From the NCBI GenBank assembly GCA_964016885.1, contig OZ024762.1:23188001-23252000 (forward strand): a stretch of 64,000 nt of DNA, given 5' to 3'. Position numbers and translations under genes: made by a program. The DNA comes from Eledone cirrhosa (lineage: Eukaryota). This document shows, piece after piece, positions 46,601 through 61,075 of the stretch (positions are counted from its first letter, which is position 1; each line of letters opens with the position of its first letter). The notes under the pieces are model-generated. The model was not told where the DNA came from and did not search any database. It worked only from the letters and a program-made list of their open reading frames with translations.

Positions 46601-49600
46601 AACTGTATGTAACTGTATGTAACTGCGTGTATGTAACTGCGTGTATGTAACTGTATGTAACTGTGTGTATGTAACTGTGTGTATGTAACTGTATGTAACT
46701 GTGTATGTAACTGTGTATGTAACTGTGTGTATGTAACTGTGTGTATGTAACTGTGTGTATGTAACTGTATGTAACTGTGTATGTAACTGCGTGTATGTAA
46801 CTGTATGTAACTGTGTGTATGTAACTGTGTATGTAACTGTATGTAACTGTGTGTATGTAACTGTGTGTATGTAACTGTATGTAACTGCGTGTATGTAACT
46901 GCGTGTATGTAACTATGTATGTAACTGTATATGTAACTGTATGTAACTGTGTGTATGTAACTGTGTGTATGTAACTGTGTATGTAACTGTGTATGTAACT
47001 GTGTATGTAACTGTGTATGTAACTGTGTATGTAACTGTATGTAACTGTGTGTATGTAACTGTATGTAACTGTGTATGTAACTGTGTGTATGTAACTGTGT
47101 GTATCTAACTGTGTGTATCTAACTGTGTGTATGTAACTGTGTGTATGTAACTGTGTGTATGTAACTGTGTGTATGTAACTGTGTGTATGTAACTGTGTAT
47201 GTAACTGTGTGTATGTAACTGTATGTAACTGTGTGTATGTAACTGTGTGTATGTAACTGTGTGTATGTAACTGTGTGTATGTAACTGTGTGTATGTAACT
47301 GTGTGTATATAACTGTGTATGTAACTGTGTATGTAACTGTGTATGTAACTATGTATGTAACTATGTATGTAACTATGTATGTAACTGTGTGTATGTAACA
47401 GTGTATGTAACTGTATGTAACTGTATGTAACTGTGTGTATGTAACTGTGTGTATGTAACTGTGTGTATGTAACTGTGTGTATGTAACTGTGTGTATGTAA
47501 CTGTGTATGTAACTATGTATGTAACTATGTATGTAACTATGTATGTAACTATGTATGTAACTATGTATGTAACTATGTATGTAACTGTGTGTATGTAACT
47601 GTATGTAACTGTGTATATGTAACTGTGTGTATGTAACTGTGTGTATGTAACTGTGTATGTAACTATGTATGTAACTATGTATGTAACTGTGTGTATGTAA
47701 CAGTGTATGTAACTGTATGTAACTGTATGTAACTGTGTGTATGTAACTGTGTGTATGTAACTATGTATGTAACTATGTATGTAACTATGTATGTAACTAT
47801 GTATGTAACTATGTATGTAACTGTGTGTATGTAACTGTATGTAACTGTGTGTATGTAACTGTGTGTATGTAACTGTGTATGTAACTATGTAAACTGTGTG
47901 TAAACTGTGTGTATGTAAACTGTGTGTATGTAACTGTGTGTATGTAACTGTGTGTATGTAACTGTGTGTATGTAACTGTGTGTATCTAACTGTGTGTATC
48001 TAACTGTGTGTATCTAACTGTGTGTATCTAACTGTGTGTATGTAAACTGTGTGTATGTAAACTGTGTGTATGTAACTGTGTGTATGTAACTGTGTGTATG
48101 TAACTGTGTGTATGTAACTGTGTGTATGTAACTGTGTGTATGTAACTGTGTGTATGTAACTGTGTGTATGTAACTGTGTGTATGTAACTGTGTGTATGTA
48201 ACTGTGTGTATGTAACTGTGTGTATGTAACTGTGTGAATCTAACTGTGTATCTAACTGTGTGTATGTAACTGTGTGTATGTAACTGTATGTAACTGTGTG
48301 TATGTAACTATGTATGTAACTGTGTGTATGTAACTGTGTGTATGTAACTGTGTATGTAACTGCGTGTATGTAACTGCGTGTATGTAACTGCGTGTATGTA
48401 ACTGCGTGTATGTAACTGCGTGTATGTAACTGCGTGTATGTAACTGTGTGTATGTAACTGTGTGTATGTAACTGTGTATGTAACTGTGTATGTAACTGTG
48501 TGTATGTAACTGTGTGTATGTAAACTGTGTGTATGTAAACTGTGTGTATGTAAACTGTGTGTATGTAACTGTGTGTATGTAACTGTGTGTATGTAACTAT
48601 GTATGTAACTGTGTATCTAACTGTGTGTATGTAACTGTGTATGTAACTGTGTGTATGTAACTGTGTGTATGTAACTGTGTGTATGTAACTGTGTATGTAA
48701 CTGTGTGTATGTAACTGTGTGTATGTAACTGTGTGTATGTAAACTGTGTGTATGTAAACTGTGTGTATGTAACTGTATCTAACTGTGTGTATCTAACTGT
48801 GTGTATGTAACTGTGTGTATCTAACTGTGTGTATCTAACTGTGTGTATCTAACTGTGTGTATGTAAACTGTGTGTATGTAAACTGTGTGTATGTAAACTG
48901 TGTGTATGTAAACTGTGTGTATGTAACTGTGTGTATCTAACTGTGTGTATCTAACTGTGTGTATCTAAACTGTGTGTATGTAACTGTGTGTATCTAACTG
49001 TGTGTATCTAACTGTGTGTATCTAACTGTGTGTATGTAACTGTGTGTATGTAACTGTGTGTATGTAACTGTGTGTATGTAACTGTGTGTATGTAACTGTG
49101 TGTATGTAACTGTGTGTATGTAACTGTGTGTATGTAACTGTGTGTATGTAACTGTGTGTATGTAACTGTGTGTATGTAACTGTGTGTATGTAACTGTGTG
49201 TATGTAACTGTGTGTATGTAACTGTGTGTATGTAACTGTGTGTATGTAACTGTGTGTATGTAACTGTGTGTATCTAACTGTGTGTATCTAACTGTGTGTA
49301 TCTAACTGTGTGTATCTAACTGTGTGTATGTAACTGTGTGTATGTAACTGTGTGTATGTAACTGTGTGTATGTAAACTGTGTGTATGTAAACTGTGTGTA
49401 TGTAAACTGTGTGTATGTAAACTGTGTGTATGTAAACTGTGTGTATGTAAACTGTGTGTATGTAAACTGTGTGTATGTAAACTGTGTGTATGTAACTGTG
49501 TGTATGTAAACTGTGTGTATGTAAACTGTGTGTATGTAAACTGTGTGTATGTAACTGTGTGTATGTAAACTGTGTGTATGTAACTGTGTGTATGTAAACT

Positions 49601-52600
49601 GTGTGTATGTAAACTGTGTGTATGTAAACTGTGTGTATGTAAACTGTGTGTATGTAAACTGTGTGTATGTAAACTGTGTGTATGTAACTGTGTGTATGTA
49701 ACTATGTATCTAACTGTGTGTAACTAACTGTAACTAACTGTGTGTAACTGTGTGTATGTAACTGTGTGTATGTAACTGTGTGTATGTAACTGTGTGTATG
49801 TAACTGTGTGTATGTAACTGTGTGTATGTAACTGTGTGTATGTAACTGTGTGTATGTAACTGTGTATGTAACTGTGTATGTAACTGTGTATGTAACTGTA
49901 TGTAACTGTGTGTATGTAACTGCGTGTATGTGACTGTGTGTATGTAACTGTGTGTATGTAACTGTGTGTATGTAACTGTGTGTATGTAACTGTGTGTATG
50001 TAACTGTGTGTATGTAACTGTGTGTATGTAACTGTGTAACTGTATGTAACTGTGTATGTAAATGTGTGTATGTAACTGTGTATGTAACTGTGTGTATGTA
50101 ACTGTATGTAACTGTGTGTATGTAACTGTATATAACTGTGTGTATGTAACTGTGTGTATGTAACTGTGTGTATGTAACTGTGTATGTAACTGTGTGTATG
50201 TAGCTGTATGTATGTAGCTGTATGTATGTAACTGTATGTATGTAACTGTATGTAACTGTATGTAACTGTGTGAATGTAACTGTATGTAACTGTGTGTGTA
50301 TGTAACTGTGTATGTAACTGTGTGTATGTAACTGTGTGTATGTAACTGTATGTAACTGTGTATGTAACTGTATGTAACTGTGTGTATGTAACTGTTTATG
50401 TAACTGTATGTAACTGTGTGTATGTAACTGTATGTAACTGTATGTAACTGTGTATGTAACTGTAACTGTGTGTATGTAACTGTGTGTATGTAACTGTGTA
50501 ACTGTGTGTATGTAACTGTGTGTATGTAACTGTATGTAACTGTGTGTATGTAACTGTGTCTGTAACTGTGTGTATGTAACTGTATGTAACTGTATGTAAC
50601 TGTGTGTATGTAACTGTGTGTATGTAACTGTGTGTATGTAACTGTGTGTATGTAACTGTGTGTATGTAACTGTATGTAACTGTGTATGTAACTGTGTGTA
50701 TGTAACTGTGTGTATGTAACTGTATGTAACTGTATGTAACTGCGTGTATGTAACTGCGTGTATGTAACTGTATGTAACTGTGTGTATGTAACTGTGTGTA
50801 TGTAACTGTATGTAACTGTGTATGTAACTGTGTATGTAACTGTGTGTATGTAACTGTGTGTATGTAACTGTGTGTATGTAACTGTATGTAACTGTGTATG
50901 TAACTGCGTGTATGTAACTGTATGTAACTGTGTGTATGTAACTGTGTATGTAACTGTATGTAACTGTGTGTATGTAACTGTGTGTATGTAACTGTATGTA
51001 ACTGCGTGTATGTAACTGCGTGTATGTAACTATGTATGTAACTGTATATGTAACTGTATGTAACTGTGTGTATGTAACTGTGTGTATGTAACTGTGTATG
51101 TAACTGTGTATGTAACTGTGTATGTAACTGTGTATGTAACTGTGTATGTAACTGTATGTAACTGTGTGTATGTAACTGTATGTAACTGTGTATGTAACTG
51201 TGTGTATGTAACTGTGTGTATCTAACTGTGTGTATCTAACTGTGTGTATGTAACTGTGTGTATGTAACTGTGTGTATGTAACTGTGTGTATGTAACTGTG
51301 TGTATGTAACTGTGTATGTAACTGTGTGTATGTAACTGTATGTAACTGTGTGTATGTAACTGTGTGTATGTAACTGTGTGTATGTAACTGTGTGTATGTA
51401 ACTGTGTGTATGTAACTGTGTGTATATAACTGTGTATGTAACTGTGTATGTAACTGTGTATGTAACTATGTATGTAACTATGTATGTAACTATGTATGTA
51501 ACTGTGTGTATGTAACAGTGTATGTAACTGTATGTAACTGTATGTAACTGTGTGTATGTAACTGTGTGTATGTAACTGTGTGTATGTAACTGTGTGTATG
51601 TAACTGTGTGTATGTAACTGTGTATGTAACTATGTATGTAACTATGTATGTAACTATGTATGTAACTATGTATGTAACTATGTATGTAACTATGTATGTA
51701 ACTGTGTGTATGTAACTGTATGTAACTGTGTATATGTAACTGTGTGTATGTAACTGTGTGTATGTAACTGTGTATGTAACTATGTATGTAACTATGTATG
51801 TAACTGTGTGTATGTAACAGTGTATGTAACTGTATGTAACTGTATGTAACTGTGTGTATGTAACTGTGTGTATGTAACTATGTATGTAACTATGTATGTA
51901 ACTATGTATGTAACTATGTATGTAACTATGTATGTAACTGTGTGTATGTAACTGTATGTAACTGTGTGTATGTAACTGTGTGTATGTAACTGTGTATGTA
52001 ACTATGTAAACTGTGTGTAAACTGTGTGTATGTAAACTGTGTGTATGTAACTGTGTGTATGTAACTGTGTGTATGTAACTGTGTGTATGTAACTGTGTGT
52101 ATCTAACTGTGTGTATCTAACTGTGTGTATCTAACTGTGTGTATCTAACTGTGTGTATGTAAACTGTGTGTATGTAAACTGTGTGTATGTAACTGTGTGT
52201 ATGTAACTGTGTGTATGTAACTGTGTGTATGTAACTGTGTGTATGTAACTGTGTGTATGTAACTGTGTGTATGTAACTGTGTGTATGTAACTGTGTGTAT
52301 GTAACTGTGTGTATGTAACTGTGTGTATGTAACTGTGTGTATGTAACTGTGTGAATCTAACTGTGTATCTAACTGTGTGTATGTAACTGTGTGTATGTAA
52401 CTGTATGTAACTGTGTGTATGTAACTATGTATGTAACTGTGTGTATGTAACTGTGTGTATGTAACTGTGTATGTAACTGCGTGTATGTAACTGCGTGTAT
52501 GTAACTGCGTGTATGTAACTGCGTGTATGTAACTGCGTGTATGTAACTGCGTGTATGTAACTGTGTGTATGTAACTGTGTGTATGTAACTGTGTATGTAA

Positions 52601-55600
52601 CTGTGTATGTAACTGTGTGTATGTAACTGTGTGTATGTAAACTGTGTGTATGTAAACTGTGTGTATGTAAACTGTGTGTATGTAACTGTGTGTATGTAAC
52701 TGTGTGTATGTAACTATGTATGTAACTGTGTATCTAACTGTGTGTATGTAACTGTGTATGTAACTGTGTGTATGTAACTGTGTGTATGTAACTGTGTGTA
52801 TGTAACTGTGTATGTAACTGTGTGTATGTAACTGTGTGTATGTAACTGTGTGTATGTAAACTGTGTGTATGTAAACTGTGTGTATGTAACTGTATCTAAC
52901 TGTGTGTATCTAACTGTGTGTATGTAACTGTGTGTATCTAACTGTGTGTATCTAACTGTGTGTATCTAACTGTGTGTATGTAAACTGTGTGTATGTAAAC
53001 TGTGTGTATGTAAACTGTGTGTATGTAAACTGTGTGTATGTAAACTGTGTGTATGTAACTGTGTGTATCTAACTGTGTGTATCTAACTGTGTGTATCTAA
53101 ACTGTGTGTATGTAACTGTGTGTATCTAACTGTGTGTATCTAACTGTGTGTATCTAACTGTGTGTATGTAACTGTGTGTATGTAACTGTGTGTATGTAAC
53201 TGTGTGTATGTAACTGTGTGTATGTAACTGTGTGTATGTAACTGTGTGTATGTAACTGTGTGTATGTAACTGTGTGTATGTAACTGTGTGTATGTAACTG
53301 TGTGTATGTAACTGTGTGTATGTAACTGTGTGTATGTAACTGTGTGTATGTAACTGTGTGTATGTAACTGTGTGTATCTAACTGTGTGTATCTAACTGTG
53401 TGTATGTAACTGTGTGTATGTAACTGTGTGTATGTAACTGTGTGTATGTAAACTGTGTGTATGTAAACTGTGTGTATGTAAACTGTGTGTATGTAAACTG
53501 TGTGTATGTAAACTGTGTGTATGTAAACTGTGTGTATGTAAACTGTGTGTATGTAAACTGTGTGTATGTAAACTGTGTGTATGTAACTGTGTGTATGTAA
53601 ACTGTGTGTATGTAAACTGTGTGTATGTAAACTGTGTGTATGTAACTGTGTGTATGTAAACTGTGTGTATGTAAACTGTGTGTATGTAAACTGTGTGTAT
53701 GTAACTGTGTGTATGTAAACTGTGTGTATGTAAACTGTGTGTATGTAAACTGTGTGTATGTAAACTGTGTGTATGTAACTGTGTGTATGTAACTATGTAT
53801 CTAACTGTGTGTAACTAACTGTAACTAACTGTGTGTAACTGTGTGTATGTAACTGTGTGTATGTAACTGTGTGTATGTAACTGTGTGTATGTAACTGTGT
53901 GTATGTAACTGTGTGTATGTAACTGTGTGTATGTAACTGTGTGTATGTAACTGTGTATGTAACTGTGTATGTAACTGTGTATGTAACTGTATGTAACTGT
54001 GTGTATGTAACTGCGTGTATGTGACTGTGTGTATGTAACTGTGTGTATGTAACTGTGTGTATGTAACTGTGTGTATGTAACTGTGTGTATGTAACTGTGT
54101 GTATGTAACTGTGTGTATGTAACTGTGTAACTGTATGTAACTGTGTATGTAAATGTGTGTATGTAACTGTGTATGTAACTGTGTGTATGTAACTGTATGT
54201 AACTGTGTGTATGTAACTGTATATAACTGTGTGTATGTAACTGTGTGTATGTAACTGTGTGTATGTAACTGTGTATGTAACTGTGTGTATGTAGCTGTAT
54301 GTATGTAGCTGTATGTATGTAACTGTATGTATGTAACTGTATGTAACTGTATGTAACTGTGTGAATGTAACTGTATGTAACTGTGTGTGTATGTAACTGT
54401 GTATGTAACTGTGTGTATGTAACTGTGTGTATGTAACTGTATGTAACTGTGTATGTAACTGTATGTAACTGTGTGTATGTAACTGTTTATGTAACTGTAT
54501 GTAACTGTGTGTATGTAACTGTATGTAACTGTATGTAACTGTGTATGTAACTGTAACTGTGTGTATGTAACTGTGTGTAACTGTGTGTATGTAACTGTGT
54601 GTATGTAACTGTATGTAACTGTGTGTATGTAACTGTGTCTGTAACTGTGTGTATGTAACTGTATGTAACTGTATGTAACTGTGTGTATGTAACTGTGTGT
54701 ATGTAACTGTGTGTATGTAACTGTGTGTATGTAACTGTATGTAACTGTGTATGTAACTGTGTGTATGTAACTGTGTGTATGTAACTGTATGTAACTGTAT
54801 GTAACTGCGTGTATGTAACTGCGTGTATGTAACTGTATGTAACTGTGTGTATGTAACTGTGTGTATGTAACTGTATGTAACTGTGTATGTAACTGTGTAT
54901 GTAACTGTGTGTATGTAACTGTGTGTATGTAACTGTGTGTATGTAACTGTATGTAACTGTGTATGTAACTGCGTGTATGTAACTGTATGTAACTGTGTGT
55001 ATGTAACTGTGTATGTAACTGTATGTAACTGTGTGTATGTAACTGTGTGTATGTAACTGTATGTAACTGCGTGTATGTAACTGCGTGTATGTAACTATGT
55101 ATGTAACTGTATATGTAACTGTATGTAACTGTGTGTATGTAACTGTGTGTATGTAACTGTGTATGTAACTGTGTATGTAACTGTGTATGTAACTGTGTAT
55201 GTAACTGTGTATGTAACTGTGTGTATGTAACTGTATGTAACTGTGTATGTAACTGTGTGTATGTAACTGTGTGTATCTAACTGTGTGTATCTAACTGTGT
55301 GTATGTAACTGTGTGTATGTAACTGTGTGTATGTAACTGTGTGTATGTAACTGTGTGTATGTAACTGTGTATGTAACTGTGTATGTAACTGTGTGTATGT
55401 AACTGTATGTAACTGTGTGTATGTAACTGTGTGTATGTAACTGTGTGTATGTAACTGTGTGTATGTAACTGTGTGTATGTAACTGTGTGTATGTAACTGT
55501 GTATGTAACTGTGTATGTAACTGTGTATGTAACTATGTATGTAACTATGTATGTAACTGTGTATGTAACTGTGTGTATGTAACAGTGTATGTAACTGTAT

Positions 55601-57920
55601 GTAACTGTATGTAACTGTGTGTATGTAACTGTGTGTATGTAACTGTGTGTATGTAACTGTGTGTATGTAACTGTGTGTATGTAACTGTGTATGTAACTAT
55701 GTATGTAACTATGTATGTAACTATGTATGTAACTATGTATGTAACTATGTATGTAACTATGTATGTAACTGTGTGTATGTAACTGTATGTAACTGTGTAT
55801 ATGTAACTGTGTGTATGTAACTGTGTGTATGTAACTGTGTATGTAACTATGTATGTAACTATGTATGTAACTGTGTGTATGTAACAGTGTATGTAACTGT
55901 ATGTAACTGTATGTAACTGTGTGTATGTAACTGTGTGTATGTAACTGTGTGTATGTAACTATGTATGTAACTATGTATGTAACTATGTATGTAACTATGT
56001 ATGTAACTATGTATGTAACTGTGTGTATGTAACTGTATGTAACTGTGTGTATGTAACTGTGTGTATGTAACTGTGTATGTAACTATGTAAACTGTGTGTA
56101 AACTGTGTGTATGTAAACTGTGTGTATGTAACTGTGTGTATGTAACTGTGTGTATGTAACTGTGTGTATGTAACTGTGTGTATGTAACTGTGTGTATCTA
56201 ACTGTGTGTATCTAACTGTGTGTATCTAACTGTGTGTATCTAACTGTGTGTATCTAACTGTGTGTATCTAACTGTGTGTATGTAAACTGTGTGTATCTAA
56301 CTGTGTGTATGTAAACTGTGTGTATGTAACTGTGTGTATGTAACTGTGTGTATGTAACTGTGTGTATGTAACTGTGTGTATGTAACTGTGTGTATGTAAC
56401 TGTGTGTATGTAACTGTGTGTATGTAACTGTGTGTATGTAACTGTGTGTATGTAACTGTGTGTATGTAACTGTGTATGTAACTGTGTGTATGTAACTGTG
56501 TGTATGTAACTATGTATGTAACTGTGTGTATGTAACTGTGTGTATGTAACTATGTATGTAACTGTGTGTATGTAACTGTGTGTATGTAACTGTGTGTATG
56601 TAACTGTGTGTATGTAACTGTGTGTATGTAACTATGTATGTAACTATGTATGTAACTATGTATGTAACTATGTATGTAACTATGTGTATGTAACTGTGTG
56701 TATGTAACTATGTATGTAACTATGTATGTAACTATGTATGTAACTATGTATGTAACTATGTATGTAACTATGTATGTAACTATGTATGTAACTGTGTATG
56801 TAACTGTGTATGTAACTGTATGTAACTATGTATGTAACTGTATGTAACTGTATGTAACTGTGTGTATGTAACTGTGTGTATGTAACTGTGTATGTAACTG
56901 CGTGTATGTAACTGCGTGTATGTAACTGCGTGTATGTAACTATGTATGTAACTGTGTATATGTAACTGTGTATGTAACTGTGTGTATGTAACTATGTACG
57001 TAACTATGTGTATGTAACTGTGTGTATGTAACTATGTGTATGTAACTGTGTGTATGTAACTATGTGTATGTAACTATGTGTATGTAACTGTGTGTATGTA
57101 ACTGTGTGTATGTAACTGTGTATGTAACTGTGTGTATGTAACTGTGTGTATGTAACTGTGTGTATGTAACTGTGTGTATGTAACTGTGTGTATGTAACTG
57201 TGTGTATGTAACTGTATGTAACTGTGTGTATGTAACTGTGTGTATGTAACTGTGTGTATGTAACTGTGTGTATGTAACTGTGTGTATGTAACTGTGTGTA
57301 TGTAACTGTATGTAACTGTGTATGTAACTGTGTGTATGTAAACTGTGTGTATGTAAACTGTGTGTATGTAAACTGTGTGTATGTAAACTGTGTGTATGTA
57401 AACTGTGTGTATGTAAACTGTGTGTATGTAAACTGTGTGTATGTAACTGTGTGTATGTAAACTGTGTGTATGTAACTGTGTGTATGTAACTGTGTGTATG
57501 TAACTGTGTGTATGTAACTGTATGTAACTGTGTGTATGTAACTGTGTGTATGTAACTGTGTGTATGTAACTGTGTGTATGTAACTGTGTGTATGTAACTG
57601 TGTGTATGTAACTGTGTGTATGTAACTGTGTGTATGTAACTGTGTGTATGTAACTGTGTGTATGTAACTGTGTGTATGTAACTGTGTATGTAACTGTGTA
57701 TGTAACTGTGTGTATGTAACTATGTGTATGTAACTATGTATGTAACTATGTATGTAACTATGTATGTAACTATGTATGTAACTATGTATGTAACTGTGTA
57801 TGTAACTGTGTATGTAACTGTGTATGTAACTGTGTATGTAACTGTATGTAACTGTGTATGTAACTGTGTATGTAACTGTGTATGTAACTATGTATGTAAC
57901 TATGTATGTAACTGTGTGTG
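43690..57920. repeat. 14.2-kb minisatellite, consensus (TAACTGTGTGTATG)n with 10/12/15-bp variants and three ~4.1-kb higher-order copies
   Basis: Rare variants recur at 4117-bp and ~4070-4090-bp spacing. Confidence 0.95.
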
Positions 57921-58251
57921 GAAATATCTATATTATCCACAACATATGTAAATTTTATTTTTGTTCTATTTCGGATTGTTGTCAGAATTATATTATTAAA
58001 TCACCTGAGTTATCGCCTCATGATATTGGCGCTAATATTTATTTTTTCTGGTGACAGTTTATATATCTGTCTTCTATTTCATTATATTTACTATATGTTT
58101 TTTTAAAATTTCTTTATATATAAATATATCATAAAGCAAGCGTTTGTTTTGAAGATAGCGAGCGAAGTTTGAAATTTAGAAGGAATAGAATATTTTGCCG
58201 CATTTTAACTAAAGAAATTAACTTGATAGTGGGGTTTAAAACCCTCTAAAA

Positions 58252-58511
58252 CAGGCACTGGCAACCCTTTTCGAGACGCGGCCCGCGAGAAGCGTTAATT
58301 TACATTCGTGCCCACATTAAAACAATGATTGTAATTCAGGTTGTTTCGATTTGTTTCTTCAGAATTCCTACATGTTTTCCTTGATCGTAAAAATGATAGA
58401 AACATAAATTACGACTGAAAAGTTGGGGCGAAAAAAATCAGGAAGATTTCACTTAGTGGACTTTAGCAAGCCATTCAGAAAGCTTCGCTGGCCGCAGATT
58501 GCCCATGACTG
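58252..58511. mobile_element. hAT (Charlie-like) MITE, 260 bp
   Basis: TIRs CAGGCACTGGCAAC / ATTGCCCATGACTG; 8-bp flanks CTCTAAAA / CTCTAGAA. Confidence 0.8.
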
Positions 58512-58702
58512 CTCTAGAAATAATACTCAGCCTTTTCCATTTAGAGGCTTTTAAACAATATCAGGCTAGTATATATATTTTATAAAGCAAGGCTTTGTTT
58601 TGAAGATAGCGAACGAAGTTTGAAATTTAGAAGGAATAGAATATTTCGCAGTATTTTAACTAAAGAAATTAACCTGATAGTTGGGTTTAAAACCCTCTAA
58701 AA

Positions 58703-58869
58703 GAGGCACGGGCAACCTTTTTCGAGAAGCGGGCCACAAACATTCGTGTCCACATAAAAAAAAAAAGATTGTAACTCAGGTTGTTTTGATTTATTTCTTC
58801 TGAATTCCTACATGTTGTTTTCCTTGATCGTAAAAATGATAGAAACATAAATTACGAGTGAAAAGTTGG

Positions 58870-58905
<36 letters not shown>

Positions 58906-58964
58906 AAATTTCACTTAGGTGAGCCATTCAGTAAGCTTGGCGGGTCGCAGGTTGCCCATCACTG
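58703..58964. mobile_element. Second copy of the hAT MITE within a ~450-bp tandem duplication
   Basis: GAGGCACGGGCAAC ... GTTGCCCATCACTG; flanks CTCTAAAA / CTCGAGAA; same upstream flank as copy 1. Confidence 0.8.
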
Positions 58965-59448
58965 CTCGAGAAAATGGAAAAGGCTGAGTATTGACGTACA
59001 TGTACGTTTATGCTCAGCCTTTTGCGTTTCGTGGTTTTTAAACAACAATACCAGGCTAATATATCTATTTTTTAAAGCAAGAGTTTGTTTTGAACACAGC
59101 AAGCGATTGTTTGAAATTGATTAGAAATAGATATAAATAGACTAAAGATATCAGCCTGGGTTTAAAACCCTCTAAATGGAAAAAAAGATGAGTATTGAGG
59201 TTCATGAGAGTCAAACCGATATCTTTGGTTTGCCCCATCATGGCCGCAATGTAATTACTGAAGCCAGTAAAGAAAGGAATAATAAATAAACAAATAAAAG
59301 AACAACATTGTATGAAGAATATTCAAAACTTAATCCTTGAATAGCGTCAAATAATTTGAATATCGTTTCTGAAATATACAAGGGTCCCCCACCCCAATAT
59401 ATACACACTTCAACAGTATTCTAATAAATATATGTATATATTGTTTTT

Positions 59449-59592
59449 GGTGACTTGGTGGTTAGAGCATTGGGGTTGCAATCGAAAATTTGTGAGTTCG
59501 ATTCTCGGACCAGGTCATGTGTTTTGTCCTTGAAGAGCAAGACACTTTATTTCACGTTGCCCAGTTTACTCAGCTGTGGAAATGAGTTGCGT
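59449..59592 (+). mobile_element. Family-B SINE 5' part
   Basis: TGGTGGTTAGAGC...GAGTTCGATTC head and GAGCAAGACACTTTATTTCACGTTGC...CTCAGCTG body. Confidence 0.75.
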
Positions 59593-59952
59593 TCCTGCCA
59601 AATCAATGGGTGGCAGTAGTTCCATCTGCACGCATCAAAAGACTGGTGTAGTGGTTCTGAGAAAAAATGCGGCTTTGCAGATGATTCAATGCAAATTGAC
59701 AAGGGAAAGGCGCTCCCGTTGGAGTTAGAAGAGAACTATTGACCTTCAGGAGAAGCAGCGACCCCTGATTGTATTCAGCAACCGAAACAAATATGAAGTA
59801 CACCAAATCCAATGCTACTAGGGGTGGCCCTGGTTCTTCTTATTTGTGAGTGTAAACTCAGCCAGATTAGATTAGATATTCTTGAGGCACCGTCTATTTT
59901 GCAGCATCTAGATATGGCAAACAGTTCCAAGTAGAGCGACGTGTGTATTCAT

Positions 59953-60617
59953 TTCATAATTGTTTCTACTTTTGGCACAAGGCCAGCAATTACCCAGTGT
60001 ATTACTGGTACTTTGCTTTTCATCCTTCCGGGGTCGATAAAATAAAGTTAACCTCGGGTAACTCTATGCGTCAAAGCATGGCGTCCGACCCTCTTTCATA
60101 ATTGTTTCTACTTTAGGCACAAGGCCAGCAAAATACTCAGTGAATTACTGGTACTTTATTTTATCGACCCCGTAAGGATGAAAGGCAAAGTTAACCTCGG
60201 CGGGATTTGAACTCAGAAAGGCAAGAGCCGTAACTCTATGCGTCAAAGCATGGCGTCCGACCCTCTTTCATAATTGTTTCTACTTTAGTCACAAGGCCAG
60301 CAATCACCCAGTGTATTACTGGTACTTTATTTTATCGACCCCGTAAGGATGAAAGGCAAAGTTAACCTCGGCGGGATTTGAACTCAGAAAGGCAAGAGCC
60401 GTAACTCTATGCGTCAAAGCATGGCGTCCGACCCTCTTTCATAATTATTTCTACTTTAGTCACAAGACCAGCAATTATCCAGTGTATTACTGGTACTATA
60501 TTTTATCGACCCCCGTAAGGATGAAGGGCAAAGATAACCTCGGCGGGATTTGAACTCAGACCGTAAAGAGACGTAACTCTATGCGTCAAAGCATGGCGTC
60601 CGACCCTCTTTCATAAT
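59953..60617 (-). repeat. Tandem array of four family-A SINE units (~172 bp)
   Basis: TTCATAAT junction at 59953, 60095, 60267, 60438 and 60610. Confidence 0.9.
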
Positions 60618-60636
60618 GTAACATTACATATTTTAC

Positions 60637-60778
60637 TTAGCAGTATTCTTTACAATATAAGAATTGATAGATTGATGTCAATTATTATCTGATGAGACTG
60701 AACGTTAGAACTTTCAGACTCATCAGATAATAATTGACATAAATCTATCAATTTTTATATTGAAAAGAATACTGCTAA
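60637..60778. repeat. Fold-back palindrome, ~65-bp arms, CTGATGAG pointing inward on both strands
   Basis: TTAGCAGTATTCTTT...ATCTGATGAGACTGAA-spacer-TTCAGACTCATCAGAT...AAAGAATACTGCTAA. Confidence 0.85.
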
Positions 60779-60924
60779 CAAACCTTCGGATAATTAGGAT
60801 AGGAGCGTTATTTGGTTTTTATATGATTTTGTTTTAAACTATAACAATGAAATCGAATGTGAAAATAGGGGCTGTTTATTTAATTGTATATTAGAATACA
60901 ATCTAGTTTAATCTTTTTGTAGGG

Positions 60925-61033
60925 CGTGTGTATATATATATATGCATACACACACATACATCCAAGCATCTACATGTACATATATATATATGTATGTATA
61001 TATATATATATGTATATATATATGCATACATAT

Positions 61034-61075
<42 letters not shown>

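Noticed and set aside
43690-57920. Telomeric repeat
   Set aside because: Unit lacks a TTAGGG-like G-run and is flanked by ordinary sequence on both sides.
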